64,000 nt of DNA from an uncultured Phocaeicola sp. (lineage in GTDB: Bacteria > Bacteroidota > Bacteroidia > Bacteroidales > Bacteroidaceae). This document shows positions 53,482 to 61,413 of the stretch, in pieces. Where the stretch lies: contig CALUGI010000010.1 in assembly GCA_944320135.1 (NCBI GenBank), forward strand, positions 3,662 through 67,661, written 5' to 3'. Within the stretch, counting starts at the first letter, position 1. Each line of letters begins with the position of its first letter. A program made the position numbers and the translations under genes. The notes beneath the pieces were generated by a model. The model was not told where the DNA came from, ran no database searches, and saw only the letters and a list, made by a program, of their open reading frames with translations.

Positions 53482-54672
53482 TTATTCCGCTAAATTGTAC
53501 ACCAATGTGCCCAACCCCAGACACTGGGCATTGAACGACTCTCCGCCTTCGCTCCTGATTTTGTCAACTACTTGCTTCGTATAGGCAATCTGTTCGTCGG
53601 GAACGTTCACCCGATTGGCAAAATGATTGTACACAAGTTCATAAATAGGTTGGAACTTCCCTCTGTCGGTCGAAGAAATTACGCTGCCGTACACATTCGA
53701 TTCATACGGAACGTCATCATTCCCAAGATTGTATTTGGCCGTGTATTCGAAACCCTTCAGCAGCCGGTTGTCCTTATAGCCGTACAGTTCCCCATAAGAC
53801 GGGTCTATCTCCTTTTGCTTCCAGGCCACTTCGCAAGCCTCAGCCAGTCCGCCTATCCCGTATTGCGCATGTGTCTGGTCGCGTCCGCTTTCAAAGTTCT
53901 GCCCCGACTCATAAATATTCTTCACAAGCGTACCGTTGCTTCCCTCCGTTTCCGACTTATAAAAGGCAATGGCCCGATCAAAAATCTCCTTGTCGTCAAG
54001 GAACACGCCTACAGCCAGGTGCATCTTGGTGATTGCCGTATCCCAATTGCCGGCCCTGCCCCTTTTCCAGTCTTTTATAAGTTCGTAGAATACGTCCCGG
54101 AACATCGACTCGGCTTGCGCAATATCCTCTTCCTCCCAACCCGAATCAGTATATCTCAGGATTTCGGCTGCATTGATCAGGTTGAATCCGTACCACGCAG
54201 CCATCAGCATGTCGTCTCCGCCCGTAAACCTTTTTAATGTACCCGACCATGAGTTCAGTATTTCTATGGCTTTGTCGGCATACCTCCTGTCATCAGAGAC
54301 AAACCACATCACGGCACAATGATAAGCCATCTGAGCATCGCCGCTCAACGCGCCCGCCGCCGTACTGTTGACCCCTTCCGTCCTTTCCACTTCCGCATAA
54401 GGCCCCTGCACCACATAGTTCACATTCGTGTTGGCAGCCAGCAAGTCATACCCCAGACTCCAAGGCTTGGCGTAATAAAAGGCTTGCTTCCGGATACGCG
54501 CCATGTCTTCATAATTGAACAAGATGCCTGGATGGGAAAAAACCTTCACCACTTGCGGCTTCACCTCTTCGGAGGGAGAAATCACAATGTCAGAAAACTT
54601 GTCGTCTGAAGAACATCCGACCGCAACCGACAAGAAACAAAAAACACACAAATATCTTATTATTCTGTCCAT
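53482..54672 (-). CDS. Alginate-lyase-family (PF05426-like) polysaccharide lyase, lipoprotein
   Basis: Start set to MDRIIRYLCVFCFLSVAVGC (lipobox). ..ADKAIEILNSWSGTLKRFTGGDDMLMAAWYGFNLINAAEILRY.. resembles the alginate_lyase superfamily. Confidence 0.55.
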   Translation of the reverse strand: MDRIIRYLCVFCFLSVAVGCSSDDKFSDIVISPSEEVKPQVVKVFSHPGILFNYEDMARIRKQAFYYAKPWSLGYDLLAANTNVNYVVQGPYAEVERTEGVNSTAAGALSGDAQMAYHCAVMWFVSDDRRYADKAIEILNSWSGTLKRFTGGDDMLMAAWYGFNLINAAEILRYTDSGWEEEDIAQAESMFRDVFYELIKDWKRGRAGNWDTAITKMHLAVGVFLDDKEIFDRAIAFYKSETEGSNGTLVKNIYESGQNFESGRDQTHAQYGIGGLAEACEVAWKQKEIDPSYGELYGYKDNRLLKGFEYTAKYNLGNDDVPYESNVYGSVISSTDRGKFQPIYELVYNHFANRVNVPDEQIAYTKQVVDKIRSEGGESFNAQCLGLGTLVYNLAE

Positions 54673-54695
54673 AATCTTGAGTTTTAAAAGATTCA

Positions 54696-56570
54696 TCATT
54701 TCCATTCTTCCAACGGCATGTCGCAACCCTCTCCCCGACCGCCGGGAAACAAACATATATTGCAATGCCTCCGTGCGTCCGCAGGAATCGTTCCCTCCAC
54801 GCGAACCATTGTAATTCCCTCGTTGTCCGCATCATAAAAATTGCCGGAACGGGCCGGAGAGCAAGTTATCCGCAAGTCGCGCATATCGGAAGAAACTGAA
54901 AGTTTCAGTTCCTTCCCCTTTTGAGACAGCAACAGACTGCTGCCGGAAACCTTCTTCACATCCGCTCCGGTAAGCATTGTCCACGTGAACTTTACAGGAG
55001 AATCCGTTGCTTTCATTTCGTCCCTGACCACAACGCAAGTCTTGCCGACTATAGCAACCCCTCTCCTGCACTCGCCGATCTGCCCTTTGTAGACTTCCGC
55101 CAAATCAGAGACGACAAACATAAAATCATCCCGCTTGCCGATGCGGTCTACTGACGCGTATCCGTTCACATTCTGCTTCTTTCCGTCGAATGTCAGCGTG
55201 TTATGGGCATAATTGTTGTATCTGAACACGTCCCATCTCTGCGAATCCTGCTTCCGATTCCATAAATCTATCCCGACCGATTCCAACGAATTGTAGTCCT
55301 GCGGACCAAGATCGACAGCCCAACGGACGCCTTCGGCCTCCATCACAAACGAACCGACATCCATGTGCGAATGGTTGCTTCCGGCCCGTCCGGCCTTGAA
55401 CCCGACAAATACGGCATCCGAATCTGTCCATGACGTCCGCATCGACGCTACAGGAGTAACGCCTTGCCCGACCCAGACATTCTCTGCGGAATGCGATATC
55501 TTGTCCCAGTCTATGTTCTTTCCCCACACCATTATGGCGGGCAGCAACCGGTTCTTCCTCAAAGCGCGGACTTTCCGGGGCGACTCCAGATAATCCGGCT
55601 GGCTCCATAATACAGACGAATCATGCGTCTTCTCTGCAAACCAGAACAATGTCGGATTCAAGGAAGATCCTCCGTCGCTGTCTCCATAATTAAAATTCTC
55701 GCCGGACGGCCCGATCATGTTCTGGATGTACACGGCAGACGGGAGGAAACCTTCTAAAGCGGACAGCCCGTAGTCCGTACCGAAAAGCGTTTCCAATGCG
55801 GACAGGAACATGACATTGAAACTTGTACCGTATGACCAATACGTAAACCCTTCGGGATACGCCCCGTCCGGAGCATATTTCTGCATGGGCAGACGGATTG
55901 AAGCGATAGCACGCTCAACAATCGCCTTAGCCGTATCGGGCATCGACTCGTAGACGGCAATTGCCCCATAAGCCATTCCCGTATTGCACACTTGGTTCCA
56001 ATTGTGGGAAGAACGGAGCCAGTCGTTCACCGAATCATCGAAAGAAGGATTCAACCCTTTCTCGACAATCGCTTGCCGGATGGCTTGCTTGGAATCTTCC
56101 GACAACCGGCTGTACAGCCAGTCGTAACCGATGGACATGCCCAATGTCATCTCGGCCACGTCCAGAAAATGCGAAGGATTCCAATCGGAGAACGAAGCGA
56201 CAGCCCGCATTTCCTTTTCCGCCCGCTTGCTGTAAGCCTCATCACCCGTCATCCGCCAAGCATACGACAAATAAAAGATACGGCGAAGAGCCTCACGGGA
56301 AACAGCCAGCAACCGGCGTCCGGTCTTGATACGCTCGACCGGTTCAAACTGCAGCATCTTGTCCGCTTCTTCCAATATCAGCCGATGAATCTTTCCCCAC
56401 TCCCGGCTGTTGCTGACATTAGATTTTATTTGCGGAATATCTTTATCCAAAAGCAACAGCCTCGGATGCTCCGCCATCGATATCACATCAGGAAGGTGTT
56501 TTTCTCCTTCCGCTGCAAACGCAAGAAAAGAGAAAAGCACGCTCCATACTATTAAACACATTCGTTTCAT
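54696..56570 (-). CDS. Heparinase II/III-family polysaccharide lyase
   Basis: 624 aa with a signal peptide. It has SHNWNQVCNTGMAYGAI and a C-terminal GSNHSHMDVGSFVMEAEGVRWAVDLG motif. Confidence 0.75.
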   Translation of the reverse strand: MKRMCLIVWSVLFSFLAFAAEGEKHLPDVISMAEHPRLLLLDKDIPQIKSNVSNSREWGKIHRLILEEADKMLQFEPVERIKTGRRLLAVSREALRRIFYLSYAWRMTGDEAYSKRAEKEMRAVASFSDWNPSHFLDVAEMTLGMSIGYDWLYSRLSEDSKQAIRQAIVEKGLNPSFDDSVNDWLRSSHNWNQVCNTGMAYGAIAVYESMPDTAKAIVERAIASIRLPMQKYAPDGAYPEGFTYWSYGTSFNVMFLSALETLFGTDYGLSALEGFLPSAVYIQNMIGPSGENFNYGDSDGGSSLNPTLFWFAEKTHDSSVLWSQPDYLESPRKVRALRKNRLLPAIMVWGKNIDWDKISHSAENVWVGQGVTPVASMRTSWTDSDAVFVGFKAGRAGSNHSHMDVGSFVMEAEGVRWAVDLGPQDYNSLESVGIDLWNRKQDSQRWDVFRYNNYAHNTLTFDGKKQNVNGYASVDRIGKRDDFMFVVSDLAEVYKGQIGECRRGVAIVGKTCVVVRDEMKATDSPVKFTWTMLTGADVKKVSGSSLLLSQKGKELKLSVSSDMRDLRITCSPARSGNFYDADNEGITMVRVEGTIPADARRHCNICLFPGGRGEGCDMPLEEWK

Positions 56571-56582
56571 CTCTCTGCTTAT

Positions 56583-58298
56583 TTAATACAGTTTGCCTTC
56601 TACCCGGATATTGTATATTGCCAGATTATTTCCTGCATAATCAGGATGAGCGACAATTCTAAAAGCGCAAGGTTCTTCAGAAATGTCTTCCAAAACCCAA
56701 GCCAATACCGGATCATTACCCAACTCGTCTGTCACGGCATATTCAGTCCACTCTGCTTCGCCTACCTTCTTGATTTGTACAATAGCCTTGTTCGGCTTGT
56801 CGGAATCAGCGGCTGCAACCTTTACGTCTATTTTCTTTATGCTGCCATAAATAGGAGATTCTAATACTCCGTCTTCCGAGAACAACAGACGTCCGTCCGT
56901 CGCGCCGTTCGGTTCATTCAATCCAGACACCCTGAACGTAGTGTAAAGAGCGCCGTTGAAAATATTGCCTCTCAACGTTCTTCCTTCCACTATATTGTCG
57001 AAATATAACTGGGCATACTTCTTGTTACGCTCAGGCGCGGCTCCTGTTTCCGCATCGACATACTCATTCAAGTCTCTGAACCTTTCGTCCATCAGCGTCA
57101 CATCATAAGCCTCCTCAGACGACAAATCCAACGAACCTTCCAGAACCAAATCATAAACAGCCAAGGCATTTCCCTTTGTAATGGCCGGATCTTGCATGAT
57201 TCTGATTGCAGCAGGGTTGGTTGACACGTCCTCAAGCTCCCATCTCAAAGGAGAATCCGTGGTAATATCCGGACTCATCAGCAAATCCCTCCAGACGGAA
57301 GTTCCCTTATCCCTGACTTGCACCAAAGCGCGTGTCGGCACACCTTCCGTACCTGCAGACAAAGCCAAAGACAGTTTGGTAATGGAACCCAACACAGGAA
57401 ATTCCATGTATCCTCCACCGGTACCTATCTGCAAACGTCCTTTCGATGTGCTTTCTCCATAAATCGAAATGCGTTCTTCAGTATAGTCAATACGGCATTG
57501 GTAGAGCTTCACTCTTAAAGTTTCTCCGTCAACAGCCCTTTCAAAATATCCGTCTGTAGTCCATTTTCCTCCTTCAAACGGGCTTCCGTCCGCTTTCTTG
57601 AACGTTTTTTCTTCATGATTATAGAAACCTTCTTCAAACAACACCATTCCAGACTCCGGCGACGCGGTTTCATTTACTTCCGGAACACCTTCCACATCCA
57701 AGTCATAGACAGCTATTGGAGCCGCAACGGATGTTATCTTCAAAGATATGGGATATTTCATGACAGGTTTCTCCGTCTTTAACCGGAAAGTCTGTCCAAG
57801 AGACAAGACCGGAGTTCTCCAATACTCTTCCCAAGTTCCGTTTTGGGCCTTTATCCACAATACGGCCTGCGCCTTATCCTGCACAGCAGACAAGGAAAGA
57901 GACAAACTTGTAACCTTTCCCAATACATCCGTTTCAATGGCACCCGTCTCCCCGTCCAATATAAGCCTTCCTCTGGAAGTAGATTCGCCTTCAACTTCTA
58001 TACTTGACGCATCAGCTTCCAACTTGCAAGCGTTCAAATAGACCTTAACGGTGCGTTCAGAGACAACACGTTCAAAGTATCCGTCAGAAAAGCCCTCCGG
58101 AAGCACAGCACCCGACGGAGTCAAATATGCGCTTCTGTCATTGAACGCCTCATCCAAAATCACAATCGGAGCAACCTGTTCAGGCGCTTCCGGAACAATG
58201 GAGGGATTATCGTCTGACAATGGCAAACTGTAGTCATCGCTACATGCCGTAAACAACCACATGCCGACCAAACCATATAAATATTTCGTTACTTTCAT
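56583..58298 (-). CDS. PUL lipoprotein made of three ~170-aa internal repeats (candidate surface glycan-binding protein)
   Basis: 571 aa with lipobox LFTAC. The three repeats share GYFER.V...T..V.L..C..., GESTS.GRL, VLG.(V/I)T.LSL.LSA and A(V/I)YD(L/I).(V/L)EG. Confidence 0.55.
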   Translation of the reverse strand: MKVTKYLYGLVGMWLFTACSDDYSLPLSDDNPSIVPEAPEQVAPIVILDEAFNDRSAYLTPSGAVLPEGFSDGYFERVVSERTVKVYLNACKLEADASSIEVEGESTSRGRLILDGETGAIETDVLGKVTSLSLSLSAVQDKAQAVLWIKAQNGTWEEYWRTPVLSLGQTFRLKTEKPVMKYPISLKITSVAAPIAVYDLDVEGVPEVNETASPESGMVLFEEGFYNHEEKTFKKADGSPFEGGKWTTDGYFERAVDGETLRVKLYQCRIDYTEERISIYGESTSKGRLQIGTGGGYMEFPVLGSITKLSLALSAGTEGVPTRALVQVRDKGTSVWRDLLMSPDITTDSPLRWELEDVSTNPAAIRIMQDPAITKGNALAVYDLVLEGSLDLSSEEAYDVTLMDERFRDLNEYVDAETGAAPERNKKYAQLYFDNIVEGRTLRGNIFNGALYTTFRVSGLNEPNGATDGRLLFSEDGVLESPIYGSIKKIDVKVAAADSDKPNKAIVQIKKVGEAEWTEYAVTDELGNDPVLAWVLEDISEEPCAFRIVAHPDYAGNNLAIYNIRVEGKLY

Positions 58299-58305
58299 AC
58301 GCCAT

Positions 58306-59289
58306 TCATTTTAAGGTTAAACGCTTTATCGCAAACTTCATCTGCTTCAGATTGCTGCTCGTTTCATTAATATACAAATATGCCACGTACTTTCCGTCGT
58401 GAGTCTTTATCGCCACGCCTTGATCCTGGCCAAGATCATACGCATGAGTAGTCACCCCATCGAAAGTAAGATTGCGTAAATCCATCTCATCTACGTAAAC
58501 CGTCGGTACACCGCTCGTCTTCAATTGTCCGTCCGGCCACACCCGTCTTTCCAAGAGCGTTCTGTTGGCGGCTCCCGAAGGAATCTCCACCGGATACAAA
58601 TATCCTTTCTCGTTTGAAGGCGACACCAAACCATGATTGAAAGTCCAGCCAGACCCCATAGTAGGCTTGAACGTATAAATGAAATCAATCTTGTCCGCTA
58701 TACCCAATTGTTCCACCTGCTCAACCGTGTATGACTGCATTGTCTCCAAAGAGAAACAACATCTTTCCCCGCTCCTTAAAGCAAGGTTCTTAAATATCTC
58801 CACGCTGCTTACAGTATATTCCGGAGACGACATAGAGACGGAAGTATTTTCCGTTATCGCACGAAAGTTGAAACGGATTCTTTTGCCTTTAGCCTCTTCC
58901 GGGACGACATAGAAATAACGGACAGTAGCTGCAACCGTATCAACGAGGTAAGCCTTTGAGACGGCTCCTTCCGTACTGGTCTCGGAGGCAATAAGCATTT
59001 CCTCTTCATTCCCGTTATCATGATTGGTATAAATGCTATGCTTCGAGATTCCCGTACCTGCCGCTCCCGGACACGAGGCCGTTACCTCAACCGCTTTGAT
59101 GGGAGTCCCGTCGGTAGAGCCTATCGCATAGGCAAATTCAAGTGTATTTCCCACCAAAACCGGTTCAACTCCCTTTTTCAACAAATCATTCCTCAACGGA
59201 TTGTCTTCATTCTCATCCTCGCAGGAGGTCAATACGCCCATTGCTCCGATGAGAAGCAATAACCAAAGAAAACATTTATTCTTTTCCAT
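58306..59289 (-). CDS. PUL lipoprotein of unknown function
   Basis: Start at MEKNKCFLWLLLLIGAMGVLTSC (lipobox); the ORF track's start is at 59310. I recognised no family motif. Confidence 0.5.
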   Translation of the reverse strand: MEKNKCFLWLLLLIGAMGVLTSCEDENEDNPLRNDLLKKGVEPVLVGNTLEFAYAIGSTDGTPIKAVEVTASCPGAAGTGISKHSIYTNHDNGNEEEMLIASETSTEGAVSKAYLVDTVAATVRYFYVVPEEAKGKRIRFNFRAITENTSVSMSSPEYTVSSVEIFKNLALRSGERCCFSLETMQSYTVEQVEQLGIADKIDFIYTFKPTMGSGWTFNHGLVSPSNEKGYLYPVEIPSGAANRTLLERRVWPDGQLKTSGVPTVYVDEMDLRNLTFDGVTTHAYDLGQDQGVAIKTHDGKYVAYLYINETSSNLKQMKFAIKRLTLK

Positions 59290-59296
59290 AGCACAT

Positions 59297-59674
59297 TCAT
59301 TCTTGTTCAACGATATTGATTACATACTTCTTCGTGACTTCCCTGTTGCCGGAAATCACAATATATTCTACGGGAGAACTAAAGTCTGTCCACACTCCCA
59401 TTTTAGGAGTCACCGTAGCTTCAGGAGCCAAAGAGCAACGAGGCTTGAGATGAGCCATATTCACTCCGTTCTTCACTTCAGCCGTAATCACGCCCGTCTC
59501 ATCGTTTATGTCCAGTCCGACAACCACATTGCGATTGTCCACCGTGTACAACTGAAGATCGCTTATATACGCATCTGCTCTGTCTGTAACAAGAAACACT
59601 TCCTCGTCTTTATTACATGCCATGCAAAAGAGCAGACACACATATACACCAAATAATATTCTCAACTGTTTCAT
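59297..59674 (-). CDS. Small PUL lipoprotein (125 aa) of unknown function
   Basis: MKQLRILFGVYVCLLFCMAC (lipobox). It sits immediately downstream of SusD. Confidence 0.5.
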   Translation of the reverse strand: MKQLRILFGVYVCLLFCMACNKDEEVFLVTDRADAYISDLQLYTVDNRNVVVGLDINDETGVITAEVKNGVNMAHLKPRCSLAPEATVTPKMGVWTDFSSPVEYIVISGNREVTKKYVINIVEQE

Positions 59675-59686
59675 ATTCGTTAGTTT

Positions 59687-61402
59687 TTATAGCCAAGGTT
59701 CATTTTGAGTCAAATTCGGATTCTGAATCCGTTCGTCTTCCGGAATATCATAAATATAGTATCTGGGGAAGGTGCGGTCAGTCGCGTTCTTGAACTGGTC
59801 TTGGATAAAATCGTTCAAAGTGCTTCGCAATTCCCGTCCGTTCGGATAGTTCCATATTTCTTCAGCCATCCGCCATCTCCTGATATCGAAGAAACGCAAG
59901 CCTTCCGCCACAAATTCAATTGCCCGTTCCTGCTCAATCGCTTTAAAGAACAGCTCTTTCGTATTGAATTTCGAACGGTCAAGTCCCGGAAGGTTCCCTC
60001 TCCTCCTTATCTTGTCTACCAACACGAACAATTCTTCGCTCGGTCCGTACAGTTCGTTCATCGCTTCACAATACATCAGCCACACATCGGGCAAGCGCAT
60101 CAGATAAAAGTCCTGCGGACCGTTCGAGCGGGAGAAACCGGCATACTGACGAACAAACTTTCTGAACATATAGCCGCTGCGCGAGTCGTTGTAGTCGATA
60201 TAACCGGTCTTGTTTCCGAACCAAAAGGCCAGGCTGTCTCCGATTGTCATCCCGTCAACGGTTATTGTACGCATCTTTTCACCGTTCCATACAATCGTTC
60301 CACGCATTCGCCAGTCTCTGTCTCTATATGTATCCGGATTGGCCGCTCCGTTTGGCAACGACTCATTGCTTCCCAGCACAACCGGCTCCACATAATCTCC
60401 CGTCTTGACACTTTGATAACGATCGACCAGATAATTTGTAGGCTGCACGTTGGCCCATCCGTTCAACACGCTTCTGTTCCCGAAATATTTGACAAGTTCC
60501 TCCCCCTGCCCGATGTTCGGCCCGCCATACTGGATAGCGAAAATCACCTCCGAGCACTTTTCATTAGCCACGTCAAACAGCTGCAGATAGTTGGGATTCA
60601 CATATTCTCCCGGCTCTCCGCCGCCAAACAGCTCAAGACCATACTGCGGAGACATGACTTCGCTGAAATCATCGATGGCTTTCCGATAATACGCTTCCGC
60701 CTCTGCCTGATCTTGGGAGAATCCCTTGATTTCGGGCCGTCCGTTCTTTTTCCAACATGCCCAATAAAGCTCCAGTTTCCCTTTGAAGGCCAAAGCCGCC
60801 ACCTTCGTCACGCGCCCTACATCATTCGCATCGGTATAAGATGGCGGAAGGGCGGATATGGCAAAATCATAATCCTTCAAAATGGAGTCACGCACCTGCA
60901 CGATGGGCATTCTCGCTATCGAATAAGCCTCTTCCTGCGTCGGAACATGGTCCAAATATTGAACGTCTCCATACAAATCAATCAAGAACGCATAGTGCAA
61001 AGCTCTGAGAAAGCGGACCTCGCCTTCATACCTTCGGAGCAGTTCCTTGTCGCTTTCTATCGCCGTCGCCTGCATATCTTTCAAATGCGATATCGCATTG
61101 TTCGCCCTGTTGATTGCCGCATAACAGTTGTTCCAATAATTGCTTGTAATAGACTGTTCGTTCTGCTGCTGGAAATACAACAAGTCGCCATAAGGAAAAC
61201 AGTCGAGCTTATAATTCAGGCCGAAAGCGGTGCGCATCGCAGAATATACTGCATTGACGCCTTTCTCTGCATCTTCCATCGTTTTCCAGAATATATCCGT
61301 GCTGACCTGCGTTGTGGCCGGATAATCCAACAAATGGTCTACACAGCCCACATTCTGCATCAAAAGACACAGACACAATATCATTTTTGCAAATCGCTTC
61401 AT
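59687..61402 (-). CDS. SusD/RagB-family nutrient-binding lipoprotein
   Basis: 571 aa with lipobox NVGC. Length, TPR-like composition (..AYFLRALHYAFLIDLYGDV.., ..RAIEFVAEGLRFFDIRRW..) and position directly after SusC support the call. Confidence 0.85.
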   Translation of the reverse strand: MKRFAKMILCLCLLMQNVGCVDHLLDYPATTQVSTDIFWKTMEDAEKGVNAVYSAMRTAFGLNYKLDCFPYGDLLYFQQQNEQSITSNYWNNCYAAINRANNAISHLKDMQATAIESDKELLRRYEGEVRFLRALHYAFLIDLYGDVQYLDHVPTQEEAYSIARMPIVQVRDSILKDYDFAISALPPSYTDANDVGRVTKVAALAFKGKLELYWACWKKNGRPEIKGFSQDQAEAEAYYRKAIDDFSEVMSPQYGLELFGGGEPGEYVNPNYLQLFDVANEKCSEVIFAIQYGGPNIGQGEELVKYFGNRSVLNGWANVQPTNYLVDRYQSVKTGDYVEPVVLGSNESLPNGAANPDTYRDRDWRMRGTIVWNGEKMRTITVDGMTIGDSLAFWFGNKTGYIDYNDSRSGYMFRKFVRQYAGFSRSNGPQDFYLMRLPDVWLMYCEAMNELYGPSEELFVLVDKIRRRGNLPGLDRSKFNTKELFFKAIEQERAIEFVAEGLRFFDIRRWRMAEEIWNYPNGRELRSTLNDFIQDQFKNATDRTFPRYYIYDIPEDERIQNPNLTQNEPWL

Positions 61403-61413
61403 AAGTATGCTTT

